A DNA stretch of 61,070 nt, the filler included, from an uncultured bacterium (GTDB taxonomy: Bacteria > CAZSTA01), in the NCBI GenBank assembly GCA_964609495.1. It is 3 parts of 3 records of this genome, joined end to end, with 100 filler letters (N's around TTAATTAATTAA, not from the genome) between each part and the next. Parts side by side here need not be neighbours in the genome. Positions count along the whole stretch, not along the records: positions 20,547 to 40,989 come from CAZSTA010000048.1; positions 41,090 to 61,070 come from CAZSTA010000049.1; 1 more part is not named here. One strand, given 5' to 3'. Below the pieces are notes generated by a model, which saw only the letters and a program-made list of their open reading frames with translations, did not search any database and had not been told where the DNA came from. The position numbers were made by a program, and so were the translations under genes. Position 1 is the first letter of the stretch, and every line of letters starts with the position of its first letter. Below, piece by piece: positions 40,008-49,895 of the stretch.

Positions 40008-40115
40008 AAGTTGACCTCCTTAAATAGTTTATCAATGAAATTCCTTTGGGTTCTCAAACCGAAACGCTTAAGAACATATTTATGGGTGAGTGCCAAAAGG
40101 CACGAACCTTTTATG

Positions 40116-40901
40116 CTACTGAACCTCCCCAACCTTTTGAGTAATCATCAATACAATCTTAGAGTAATGACCTAGTCCATTTTCTTCTATATCTCGTCCA
40201 AATCTAGCCCAAACCTCTTCAAAGGACGGAGTATTGATTCCATAAATCTTTGGGACATTCTCGCAGGCAAATCCGATCTCAGTCTTAGCCTGTTCTGGTG
40301 AGAGCTTTTTACCCGTATAGTAACTTCTTTTCCTAATTAGCTTGAATTTTGCTTCCTCAAGTATGCCTTCAAACTCCTTGGTCCTTAGCCAGGTGGCATC
40401 ACAAATATAGGAAAACAGAGCCACTTCTATCTTCTGAGCTGTTGTCTCCATCTCTTCTGGAGGCATAACCACAAAACAAAAGTAGCTATCGGGTTTCAGA
40501 ACTCTGTTCACCTCGAGAAATGTCTGTTGAACACCAGCTTTGCCTCTAGTCATATGAATATCTTCTAATCCTGTGAAATTAATTGCCATATCGAATTTTT
40601 CTCTAGGAAAGCTCATCTTGGTAGTGTCCATCTCCAAAATTTCTATGCGGTCTTGAAGGCTCTGTTTTTCGAGGTTTTTTCTTGCATTTCGGATATCGCT
40701 TTGAGAAATATCAATGCCTGTAATCTTGAGACTACTATCGCACCTTGCAACTTCCATAGCAAAAAATCCTGAACCAGTTGCAACATCGAGGATGCGCATG
40801 CCAGGTTTAATGGGTAAATCACTTGCAATCCTGGAACGGAAATTATTTAGCTTTTGATAATAAGTCTGATATTCTAGATTTGATACATATTGTTCAATCA
40901 C
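40116..40901 (-). CDS. Class I SAM-dependent methyltransferase
   Basis: ILDVATGSG, GIDIS, RVLKP. Confidence 0.85.
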   Translation of the reverse strand: MIEQYVSNLEYQTYYQKLNNFRSRIASDLPIKPGMRILDVATGSGFFAMEVARCDSSLKITGIDISQSDIRNARKNLEKQSLQDRIEILEMDTTKMSFPREKFDMAINFTGLEDIHMTRGKAGVQQTFLEVNRVLKPDSYFCFVVMPPEEMETTAQKIEVALFSYICDATWLRTKEFEGILEEAKFKLIRKRSYYTGKKLSPEQAKTEIGFACENVPKIYGINTPSFEEVWARFGRDIEENGLGHYSKIVLMITQKVGEVQ

Positions 40902-40989
40902 ATTCTCTCAATTCCCATTTGTGGCAAAAAAGCTCTTCCCTTTATTATATCACTTCTGACTAAAATAACAACTCCCTTCCTTGAACTTA

Positions 40990-41089
40990 NNNNNNNNNNN
41001 NNNNNNNNNNNNNNNNNNNNNNNNNNNNNNNNNTTAATTAATTAANNNNNNNNNNNNNNNNNNNNNNNNNNNNNNNNNNNNNNNNNNNN
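40990..41089. other. Assembly gap linker
   Basis: N44-TTAATTAATTAA-N44. Confidence 0.98.
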
Positions 41090-41094
41090 AATTC

Positions 41095-42318
41095 TTATGG
41101 GCCGGCCAAAACAGCGTTAACATTCGTTTCGGCTGTATTTAAAGCCTCCTCAGCGGTGATCTCTCCCACCAGATATCTTTCCACCTCAATAGTGAAGGCT
41201 TTATATACCTCATTGAAGTGACGAGGCGAACCAAATCTCTTGCCAAACTCCCACGCGTCAGCAAACATTTTCAGCCATGGGTCACCAGAGAAAGTCTCTA
41301 TATTATCTTTACGGACAAGAGGATAGTCCGAAAGCCCTATCAGCTCCTCGACGTTTGCCTCATTATTCACAAACTTCAGGAAATCCCAGCTGATCCGCTT
41401 CTTCTCCTCAGAGATTTCGTTATTAATCACCCATGTCCAGAAATAAGCGAAATTGATCTTCTTCCCATTATTTCCTTCGAGGGAAGGTATAACTTCGTAT
41501 TGGAGATTGGGAGCAAGCTCTCTGTATTCACCACGCATATAAGGTCCAGATATTACAGTGGCTTGTTTATCTGTATAGAAGGCATCGGGTATCGTCTCGA
41601 TGGGAGCCAATACCTTATAATCCTTCACAGCTGAGAGTCCGGCCGGAGTGTTAAAGATTCCCTTTGTGAAATCTTCGTTGAAGAACTCCCCATCATATCC
41701 CCACAGCACTGGGCAGAAGTGAATTATCATCCAGAGGTCAGTATTAGCCAGAGCTACTCCTATTTGTTCTAAAGCTCCACTTTCGGAACGTTTGGTCAGT
41801 TTCTCCTGAACCTCCATAAGCTCCTTATAGGAAGTCGGATATTTCACCCCTGCTTCCCCATATAGCTTGGTGTTTACGATCGGGAGAACTATGATAGCCT
41901 CGGCCGCATAGCCATAGATCTTACCCCTAACCGATACCCCATCTAACGTCTTGGGAATGAAATTCTCCTTAATATCCTGATAGACATCTTCAGGAGCCTC
42001 AGCGAGCCAACCATTGTCGGCATAGTCATACATATTCGGAGTCCAAATGCGGGTGATGTCTGGGCCTGTCCCTGCAGCTATCTCTATCACTAATTTAGTC
42101 TCAAATTCGCCATGAGGAACAGTGGAATAATCGAAGGTAACATCGGGGTGGGTCTTCTGGAACTCCGCGATGTTCTTTTTTACCAATTCATTCCAGTTTG
42201 CAGTGTGGGTAAAGACTCTCAGTTTAACTTTTGCCGCTACCGCTTCATCCACTGAGATTAAGGTCATCATAACTCCTACTACCAGCGTTAATACTAATAA
42301 AACCGCGATTTTTTTCAC
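41095..42318 (-). CDS. Carbohydrate ABC transporter solute-binding protein
   Basis: Signal peptide (AVA-A), AAGTGPDI, GKIYG, AEEAL. Confidence 0.87.
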   Translation of the reverse strand: MKKIAVLLVLTLVVGVMMTLISVDEAVAAKVKLRVFTHTANWNELVKKNIAEFQKTHPDVTFDYSTVPHGEFETKLVIEIAAGTGPDITRIWTPNMYDYADNGWLAEAPEDVYQDIKENFIPKTLDGVSVRGKIYGYAAEAIIVLPIVNTKLYGEAGVKYPTSYKELMEVQEKLTKRSESGALEQIGVALANTDLWMIIHFCPVLWGYDGEFFNEDFTKGIFNTPAGLSAVKDYKVLAPIETIPDAFYTDKQATVISGPYMRGEYRELAPNLQYEVIPSLEGNNGKKINFAYFWTWVINNEISEEKKRISWDFLKFVNNEANVEELIGLSDYPLVRKDNIETFSGDPWLKMFADAWEFGKRFGSPRHFNEVYKAFTIEVERYLVGEITAEEALNTAETNVNAVLAGP

Positions 42319-42421
42319 AGTTTTAACCTCCTATCTATTCTATTTATTTGGGGGAAAAAAAGTAATCGATCTGACATCCTCCTGAAATCGTATCAATTAT
42401 CACCTCCTCTCAATTATTCTC

Positions 42422-43315
42422 CTATCCCTTCATACCAGTTAGCACTATACCCTCTATGAAATACCTCTGAGCGAAGAAGAAGAGAAGAAGAATCGGCACG
42501 ATCATCAAGGTGGTAGCCGCCATCATCATCGCCCACTCGGCTTCCCATTCCTGTTGGAATAGTCTGAGACCTAACGCCATGGTCAATTTGTTTGTGGAGT
42601 TGAGGAAGATCAAAGGTGGAACGAAGGAATTCCAGGTGCCCATAAAGGCGAAGACAGCGACTACGGCCACCGCGGGCTTAACTAAAGGAAGCATAATTCG
42701 CCAGTATATCTGAAAGTAACTGCAACCATCGATCTTTGCCGCATCCTCCAGATCGTAAGGAATCGTCCTAAAGAATTGCCTGAGGAGGAAGATATAAAAT
42801 CCCGATACCGAGGGGAAGAAAGAGGGAACCCATAGTGGTTTGAAGGTATCGATCCAACCGACGTGTTTATACATCAAAAATAGGGGGATCATCGTTACCT
42901 GGAACGGAAGCATCATCGTGCTTAGAAGAACGATAAAGAGAACATCGCGACCAGGATATCTCAAGCGAGCGAAACTATAAGCGACTAAAGGACAGGTTAA
43001 GAGCGTCCCGATGATCACCATAACTGTGACATAAAACGTATTGGCCATAAAACGGAAGAAGGGAAGATAACTGAGCATCTTGGGGTAATTAGCCCATTTA
43101 ACCGGATTCGGGATCAATATCGGAGGGAAGGTAAATAACTGAGTATCTACTTTTAAAGATGTAGAGATCACCCAGGCGAAGGGGAAGGCGAATATAATCG
43201 CTCCTAAGATCAATAAAGTATGAGCAAACACTTGCCTAAGTATCTTACTTCCTTGCCTTCTAGCCTTCATCTTTAAGGTTATAGCTTTTCTCTCCTCTAT
43301 TGTTGTCTCACTCAT
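42422..43315 (-). CDS. Carbohydrate ABC permease (MalG type)
   Basis: EDAAKIDGCS, QRYFIEGI. Confidence 0.92.
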   Translation of the reverse strand: MSETTIEERKAITLKMKARRQGSKILRQVFAHTLLILGAIIFAFPFAWVISTSLKVDTQLFTFPPILIPNPVKWANYPKMLSYLPFFRFMANTFYVTVMVIIGTLLTCPLVAYSFARLRYPGRDVLFIVLLSTMMLPFQVTMIPLFLMYKHVGWIDTFKPLWVPSFFPSVSGFYIFLLRQFFRTIPYDLEDAAKIDGCSYFQIYWRIMLPLVKPAVAVVAVFAFMGTWNSFVPPLIFLNSTNKLTMALGLRLFQQEWEAEWAMMMAATTLMIVPILLLFFFAQRYFIEGIVLTGMKG

Positions 43316-43317
43316 TG

Positions 43318-44241
43318 TTATCTCCTTTCCTCTCCTGCCTCATAATAAACCCAATAACGGGACATAGTGAACTGAATTATAGTGAGTATCAGAATGATGA
43401 TAAGCAACACCCAAGCGAGAGCTGAGGCATATCCCATCTTATAGAAGGCGAAAGCGTTATTAAATAAGTGATATACGTAGAACATTGTGGAATCGAGCGG
43501 ACCTCCTTGCGTCATAATGTAGGCCTGGGTGAAGATCTGCATTGTATAGATAACTCCCATCACTGCGGTGAAGAACAGGGTTGGGGTGAGAAGAGGCAGG
43601 GTAATATGGACGAATTTGGCCCACCAGGTAGCCCCATCTATGTCCGCGGCCTCGTAGTATTGCCTCGAGATCCCTTTGAGTCCAGCTAAATAAATTATCA
43701 TAGTTCCTCCACTAGACCACATCATCATAAGTATTAGAGAGGGTTTAGACCACTCCGCCGAGGCTATCCACTTCGGCCCTCTTATCCCTATCAACTTCAG
43801 AGCCGCATTTAATATCCCAAAATCAGGACTTAATATCCATAGCCAGAGGATAGCACTTGCCACTAGAGGAACTATTGAGGGTATATAATAGATAGCTCGG
43901 TAGAAACTGAGCCCCTTAACATTCATATTTAGAAGTGAGGCTATAGCCAGAGCAGTTAACAACTGAAGAGGAACACCGAATATGGTCATATAAAAAGTGT
44001 TCCCGAGAGATTTCCAGAAGATGGGATCCGCGGTGAACATCTTCTTATAGTTCGCCAGTCCAATATATTTAGGAGAGCCAAATACATTCCATTTCATAAA
44101 GCTTAAAACGAGGGCATATATTACGGGTATTAAGGTGAAAGCAAGCATCCCGATGATCCAAGGGATGATAAAGGTATAACCAGCTATCATCTCACTTCGC
44201 TGTAATCTACCTATTCCCCTCTTTCCTATTCCATTTACCAC
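43318..44241 (-). CDS. Carbohydrate ABC permease (MalF type)
   Basis: YEAADIDGA, MTQGGP, MGYASA; GTG 44241 follows RBS AAGGAGG. Confidence 0.92.
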   Translation of the reverse strand: MVNGIGKRGIGRLQRSEMIAGYTFIIPWIIGMLAFTLIPVIYALVLSFMKWNVFGSPKYIGLANYKKMFTADPIFWKSLGNTFYMTIFGVPLQLLTALAIASLLNMNVKGLSFYRAIYYIPSIVPLVASAILWLWILSPDFGILNAALKLIGIRGPKWIASAEWSKPSLILMMMWSSGGTMIIYLAGLKGISRQYYEAADIDGATWWAKFVHITLPLLTPTLFFTAVMGVIYTMQIFTQAYIMTQGGPLDSTMFYVYHLFNNAFAFYKMGYASALAWVLLIIILILTIIQFTMSRYWVYYEAGEERR

Positions 44242-44264
44242 TTCAAGTCCCTCCTTAATAGAAA

Positions 44265-44301
44265 CCTTCACTCCCCTGAAGATCGAGTAGGGGAGTGAAG
44301 G
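44265..44301 (-). promoter_or_regulatory. Intercistronic 13-bp perfect hairpin after the SBP gene
   Basis: ccttcactcccct / aggggagtgaagg, no U tract. Confidence 0.65.
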
Positions 44302-44314
44302 ACCAGTAATTCAT

Positions 44315-45706
44315 TTAAAGTTCGAGCTCGGCCAAGGCCGTGTTGACCGCCTTCGTAGCCTCTTCCAAAGCCTCCTCAGGAGTAGTCTCGTGATAGATGG
44401 CCTTCTCTGTAGCTCGGTGGGTCGCCTCGAATAGCTCGGAAGCTACCGGGGTCACCGGACGGACATAGATCGCGATATCATCCCACAGAGCATTCATCTT
44501 AGCCCACTGGGTGGCTATATTGGGTGAATACTCATAGATCTCATCCCAATACTTCGCGACCTCTATCTTGTCGATATAGGGCCAAGAGGTATAGTCAGGG
44601 AAGAAGAGACGATCTTGGCTCTTATAGTATTCGTGTTGTCCTCGGTTATAAGCCGCGTATCCCTCGGGGCTAACGATCCACTTTATAACCTCCCAAGCCT
44701 CATCAGGGTGCTTAGCCCCCTTGGGTATAGCCCAGGACCATCCCCCAGCCCAAGTGATGAAGATATCGTGAGGCTTTACATCTTTGAATCTGCCCCTCAT
44801 ATAGAGACGATCATCAGGAACTGGATAGTAAGCGGTAGCGTAATCGAGATCAGGCGCATACTGAGCGAAGGTGCCGTTCATCCACACTCCCATGATACCC
44901 ATAGAATACTTCTCCAGGATGAAGGGATGCTGGGCTCCGGTACCGAAGACCGCCAAGAAGCCCTTTACATCCTTAGCTCCGCCCTGAATGTCATAGAGCG
45001 ATACGAAGTGCTTCAGGGCTTCCACGTTAATAGGATCGTTAAGGGTGCACTCGGACCTATCCGGGCTCATCATATCTCCACCGTTCTGCCAGATGAAGAA
45101 GTAAAGATGCTCACGGTATTCATAATCGAAGCCAGCGTGAACTAGAGTCCCATCTGCCTCCCGAACGGTGCACTTTTGGACGTAATCCAGGTATTCGCTC
45201 CAGGTGCGGGGAGGACTCTCGGGATCCAAACCAGCCTCTCGGAAATGCTTCCGGTTATACATCAGTTGTCGGACATCGGTGCTTCGGGAGAGGGCGTAAG
45301 TTTTGCCCTTCCACTGAGCCTCAGCCAGGAGCGAGGGATACATCTTGGAGAGGTCGAAATTATCCCTCTCGATATAGGGATCCAGAGCTATAAGCCCTCC
45401 TCTTGCCGCCCAACCACCGATAGTGAAACGGTCGATGTTTGCTACATCAGGTGGCTGTCCAGCCGCTATAGCCGTGGTAAGCTTCATCATCTCTGCAGCA
45501 ATCTGTCCTGCTGCCGCCAACTCCGCCTCGGATACCAATTTGATCTCAGGGTGAGTTCTGTTGAATTCCTTCCACTGCTCCTGTGCTCCACCAGGGGTAG
45601 TAGTTGCCAGACCCCAGATCGTGACTTCGACCTTCTGTGCAGATACGCTTCCTACGATAGCGAAAATTAAGGCTAAAGCCAAAGCTAATACAAGAATCTT
45701 CTTCAT
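44315..45706 (-). CDS. Carbohydrate ABC transporter solute-binding protein
   Basis: Signal peptide, AAGQPPDV, YNRKHFREAGLDP, TPEEAL. Confidence 0.9.
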   Translation of the reverse strand: MKKILVLALALALIFAIVGSVSAQKVEVTIWGLATTTPGGAQEQWKEFNRTHPEIKLVSEAELAAAGQIAAEMMKLTTAIAAGQPPDVANIDRFTIGGWAARGGLIALDPYIERDNFDLSKMYPSLLAEAQWKGKTYALSRSTDVRQLMYNRKHFREAGLDPESPPRTWSEYLDYVQKCTVREADGTLVHAGFDYEYREHLYFFIWQNGGDMMSPDRSECTLNDPINVEALKHFVSLYDIQGGAKDVKGFLAVFGTGAQHPFILEKYSMGIMGVWMNGTFAQYAPDLDYATAYYPVPDDRLYMRGRFKDVKPHDIFITWAGGWSWAIPKGAKHPDEAWEVIKWIVSPEGYAAYNRGQHEYYKSQDRLFFPDYTSWPYIDKIEVAKYWDEIYEYSPNIATQWAKMNALWDDIAIYVRPVTPVASELFEATHRATEKAIYHETTPEEALEEATKAVNTALAELEL

Positions 45707-45802
45707 AATTTGATTTTTTCCTCCTTTTTAGATTATGATTTTTGCTTCTTTAACCCCGAATACAAACTTTCTTCTCGATATATCACCTCCTCTTTTCCTT
45801 CC

Positions 45803-45885
45803 ATTATAACACTAATTTCCCCCTATTGCAAGCTCAGGTTATAAATTTGATTTTAATTATAGCACAAAGGTCGGGAAACTGTCAA
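45803..45885 (-). promoter_or_regulatory. Tandem sigma70 promoters for the ABC operon
   Basis: TTGCAA-N17-TATAAT (45803-45831) and TTGACA-N18-TATAAT (45856-45885), both with TG extension. Confidence 0.65.
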
Positions 45886-45958
45886 GAGTTTTCATTAATG
45901 ATTGTTGATATTTATTCCTAATTATCACTCTCAATTAAAATTTATGATGAATTTTCCT

Positions 45959-46142
45959 AAAAAATCTGCTAGCACGATTTATTACATGCTTACATATAAA
46001 AAGTAAGCATGTAAAACTCCGTGCTGGGGGATATGATTCTCCCCCTCACCCTGGCCCTCTCCCACGAGGGGAGAGGGAACATCAAGATAAGCTCGATCTC
46101 TTTAGTTCCCCCTCCCTTGACGGGAGGGGCTAGGGGAGGGTG
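45959..46142. repeat. Back-to-back MITE ends plus inverted REP doublet
   Basis: End A on minus 45959-45991, end B on plus 46005-46030, REP 46030-46080, inverted REP variant 46108-46142. Confidence 0.8.
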
Positions 46143-46261
46143 TAATACAAAGTAAATTAGATCTTAGATCCCAGATTTTATAGGCATCCTTCACTATTTA
46201 GAGATAAAAATTGGAAAGCTGGCAACGGATTTCTGCTTTCTATCTTCCAAATATAACATAC

Positions 46262-46293
46262 AAAAAACCTGACATTCTCAGAATGCCAGGTTT
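46262..46293 (-). terminator. Intrinsic terminator after ftsZ
   Basis: aaacctggcattctgagaatgtcaggtttttt. Confidence 0.75.
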
Positions 46294-46373
46294 CTACTTC
46301 AAGGGAAACAATCATCTCCTAAGTTGGGTTTCCCCCAACTCAATTAACGATGCAGATGGACTTATCGAAGGGA

Positions 46374-47447
46374 TTACCACCTTTCTCTATCCCTTCTCAA
46401 GAAAGTGGGTATGTCAAGATCGCTCTCCGTGTACTTAGTAGCCTTGACTCTCTCTACCACGCTCTCTTCCTTTCTCTTTCTATCCTCTCCAGGAGTGAAG
46501 CCGGTTGCTATCACTGTGATCTTAATCTCGTCATTCAGGGATTCATCTATAACTGCACCGAATATGACGTTTGCCTCTTCTGACGATTCCCTGATGACTA
46601 CCTCGGCGGCCTCATTAACCTCGAATAATTTTAGACTTGGACCTCCACTTATGCTGAGTAGCACCCCTCTAGCCCCTTCGATAGAGGATTCTAACAGCGG
46701 ACTTGAAATGGCCGTTTGAGCCGCCTCGACTGCTCGGTTTTCTCCACTTCCTACTCCTATTCCCATTAACGCAGCACCCTTCTCAGCCATTATCGTCCTT
46801 AGATCGGCGAAATCCAAGTTTATAAGTCCTGGAACTGTTACCAGATCGGATATGCCTTTTACTCCTTGATACAATACTTCATCTGCGATTCTAAAGGCTT
46901 CTAACAGGGAGGTGTTTCTATCCACAATCTGAAGTAATCTTTGATTCGGTATGGTGATTAAAGTATCGACCTCTTCCTGGAGAAGTTTCAAAGATTCCTC
47001 AGCTTGTCTCAGCCGCACTCGACCTTCGAAGAGGAAGGGCTTAGTAACTACTCCAACCGTTAGGGAACCAACCTCCTTCGAGATCTCAGCCACTATAGGA
47101 GAGGATCCACTTCCGGTTCCCCCTCCCATTCCCGCAGTAATGAAGATCATATCTGCTCCTTGAAGAACCTCTCTGATCTTCTCCTTATCCTCCTCCGCCG
47201 CTCTCCGACCGATCTCAGGATCTCCCCCCGAACCTCTTCCCCCAGTTATCCTCTCTCCCAACTGGATCTTTGTCTTAGCGTTGGAAAGAGTTAGAGCCTG
47301 GGCATCAGTATTTGCGGCGATGAACTCTACACCTTCCAGGTCCGCATCTATCATTCTATTTACCGCATTGCTTCCTCCTCCACCTATCCCAATCACTTTG
47401 ATTAAAGCAGCACCTCTTACATCTGTTGGCTCATTAAATTCGAACAT
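46374..47447 (-). CDS. ftsZ: Cell division protein FtsZ
   Basis: [30 protein letters not shown]. Confidence 0.98.
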   Translation of the reverse strand: MFEFNEPTDVRGAALIKVIGIGGGGSNAVNRMIDADLEGVEFIAANTDAQALTLSNAKTKIQLGERITGGRGSGGDPEIGRRAAEEDKEKIREVLQGADMIFITAGMGGGTGSGSSPIVAEISKEVGSLTVGVVTKPFLFEGRVRLRQAEESLKLLQEEVDTLITIPNQRLLQIVDRNTSLLEAFRIADEVLYQGVKGISDLVTVPGLINLDFADLRTIMAEKGAALMGIGVGSGENRAVEAAQTAISSPLLESSIEGARGVLLSISGGPSLKLFEVNEAAEVVIRESSEEANVIFGAVIDESLNDEIKITVIATGFTPGEDRKRKEESVVERVKATKYTESDLDIPTFLRRDRERW

Positions 47448-47670
47448 TTTTTCCTCCCCCCTCTCGGCTCAGAAGGGCTCACTAAACTTGGGCATTAGTT
47501 ACAGTTGCATGAATAAAGGATATCACAACACTCTAATAAATACCAGCTCCACTTATAAGGGTAACTCCCTAATATATATCGCTTTTACCATAATTCTTCC
47601 CAAAATTTAGTAATTACCCCCTTATTATATCACATTTCATTAGTTTTGCAATATCTAATTACAAAATTTA

Positions 47671-48912
47671 CTAGAAGAAATTTCTAAGCCACCTTCCGAA
47701 CCTCTGGAATAATCCTGTTATAGAAAATCCCTTTCTTTTAGTTCTTCCTCCCTGCCGATGACGATTAAGTACTCCATACTGAACCAGTCCTACCGCGGTC
47801 GAGTAGATCGGATTGCTCGCAATATCGACCAAACCACAAATATTCTCTGGCTTTCCAATCCGAGCAGTCAAATTTAAGCGCTGAGAAGCTAATTCAGCTA
47901 CTCCTTTCATCAGAGAACAGCCTCCTGTAAGCACTAAACCCCCTGGGATTGGTATAAGACCGGTATATCCAGATTTCTTTATCTCCTCCTGGACCATACG
48001 AAATATTTCATCCATCCTTGGCTCAATTATCTCACAAAGGACCCGGTTAGGCAGGGGTCTGCTCTTCTCTCCCCCAACGTAAGGAACCTCGATCATTTGT
48101 TCATTATCCACCATACTGACCAGCGCGCTTCCATATAACTTCTTCAACTTCTCCGCCTCTACCCGTGGAGTTCGTAAGCCATAGGCGATATCACTTGTTA
48201 CGTGATCCCCACCGATCGGAATGATCGCGGAGTGCCAGATACTTCCCCCCAGAAAGATCGCTATATCGGTGGTTCCTCCCCCTATATCGATAAGCACTAC
48301 GCCCAACTCCTTCTCCGGGCTAGTAATGATAGCCTCACTACAGGCTAAAGGTTGGAGAACGAGGTCCTCTACCTCCAACCCCACTTTACGGACACAATTC
48401 TCTATATTCTGCACCGCAGGGATAGAGCCAGTTACGATATGAACCTCTACCTCCAAGCGAATCCCCGCCATTCCCACTGGATCTTGAATCCCACCTTGTC
48501 CATCAATTATGAACTCCCGGGGGATAACGTGTATCACCTCCCTATCTGGAGGAATAGCCATCGCCTTTGCGGCTTCGATAGCTCGCCTCTTATCATCCTC
48601 AGTTATGGTCGGATTATTACGAGAGACCGCTATTATCCCTCTGCTATTCAAAGAGGAGATATGTCCCCCGGCAATTCCAACATATACCGACTCTATCCTC
48701 ACGCCAGCCATATGCTCGGCTTCCGCTACCGAATTCTCTATAGACCGGACGGTATTATCTATATTAGTTACCACTCCTTTGCTCAAACCGCGGGAGGGAC
48801 TAATACCCACCCCGATTATATCCACTAACCCGTCCTCGGCCACTTCCCCTATAACAGTGCATACCTTGGTAGTTCCAATATCTAATCCTACTATCATTTC
48901 ACTTCTAGGCAT
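47671..48912 (-). CDS. ftsA: Cell division protein FtsA
   Basis: GLDIGTTKV, DIGGGTTD, amphipathic C-terminus. Confidence 0.97.
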   Translation of the reverse strand: MPRSEMIVGLDIGTTKVCTVIGEVAEDGLVDIIGVGISPSRGLSKGVVTNIDNTVRSIENSVAEAEHMAGVRIESVYVGIAGGHISSLNSRGIIAVSRNNPTITEDDKRRAIEAAKAMAIPPDREVIHVIPREFIIDGQGGIQDPVGMAGIRLEVEVHIVTGSIPAVQNIENCVRKVGLEVEDLVLQPLACSEAIITSPEKELGVVLIDIGGGTTDIAIFLGGSIWHSAIIPIGGDHVTSDIAYGLRTPRVEAEKLKKLYGSALVSMVDNEQMIEVPYVGGEKSRPLPNRVLCEIIEPRMDEIFRMVQEEIKKSGYTGLIPIPGGLVLTGGCSLMKGVAELASQRLNLTARIGKPENICGLVDIASNPIYSTAVGLVQYGVLNRHRQGGRTKRKGFSITGLFQRFGRWLRNFF

Positions 48913-49003
48913 TACCAGCCCAAGTCCTCGATATGTAGAATGGGAAATTCAAACGAATATCTCTATTTATATAAAGACGCGATTTTCATCAAAGATTCGC
49001 CAT

Positions 49004-49888
49004 CTACAAATTCGATTTAGCTTGGTCTTCGCCCCCCTTCTTAACTATGTAGTTGGAGGTTAGACGAATATCTATATACTCAATTATATCCTCTTCTCTT
49101 CGAAGCTGATTCAACAACTCTATTAATGGTGTTGATTTATCAAGCAGATTTTCGAGCGACCCAGCTTTAACTAATATTCCATTTCTCAACGTTGCTCTGA
49201 CATCCCTTTTATCCCTAATATCAATAACCTTTATATAATTATACAACTCACCCTCATATATCAAGAAGATTTTATCGAGTAATTCACACGCTTCAGTCTC
49301 CTTCTTTCTTTCCCTCTCTTCAGGACCATCCTCTTTATTAGATGTTCCCTTCTCTGGGATCAATCTCCCTCCAGCTTTTCTTTCCTGTAATTTGAGTCCT
49401 TCTACCCTTAGAAGAGGACTCCTCGAAGGATCTATCTTACTCAAAAGAAATTTCTCAGCGTCTATCTCCCAGAATACTCCTTTTACAGCTACGAGAAGGA
49501 TAGGGATACGTTCCTCAATTGTTAGAAGGAGGGTCTGTGGAATTTTGCGTTTTATCTTTATATCCTTAACGAAAGGCTCTTCCTTCAACCTCTCGACTAG
49601 GAGCTTCTTATTAAAAGTGAATAGGGTGTCCCCCGCTTTAATTGGCAGAAGCTCTTGTATCCTCTTTTTAGATATGCGGTCATTACCCTTTATTCGAACC
49701 TCCTCCAAGGCGAAGTAGGGATTGGTTGTGAGGTATATATAACCCATCCAACAGACTGCAGACAGAAGCCCAAAGAAGGCTGATAAGCGAATAAACCAGC
49801 TCATTTGAGGGTTCGTTTTTCTTCGGAAACTGCCTCTGAAAACAGTTTCATATCTTCTTCTACTAACTACTCCGAACTGACGAGCCAT
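49004..49888 (-). CDS. ftsQ: Cell division protein FtsQ/DivIB
   Basis: Single TM, POTRA (IKGN...EERIP), YIDIR; lies before ftsA. Confidence 0.85.
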   Translation of the reverse strand: MARQFGVVSRRRYETVFRGSFRRKTNPQMSWFIRLSAFFGLLSAVCWMGYIYLTTNPYFALEEVRIKGNDRISKKRIQELLPIKAGDTLFTFNKKLLVERLKEEPFVKDIKIKRKIPQTLLLTIEERIPILLVAVKGVFWEIDAEKFLLSKIDPSRSPLLRVEGLKLQERKAGGRLIPEKGTSNKEDGPEERERKKETEACELLDKIFLIYEGELYNYIKVIDIRDKRDVRATLRNGILVKAGSLENLLDKSTPLIELLNQLRREEDIIEYIDIRLTSNYIVKKGGEDQAKSNL

Positions 49889-49895
49889 AATTTAT

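Noticed and set aside
40070-40120. Integron attC site after the methyltransferase
   Set aside because: A hairpin exists but the RYYYAAC/GTTRRRY boxes do not match; no integrase or cassette array
35389-46142. CRISPR array from the 50-bp repeats
   Set aside because: Copies are kilobases apart with no spacers or cas genes; they behave as REP elements
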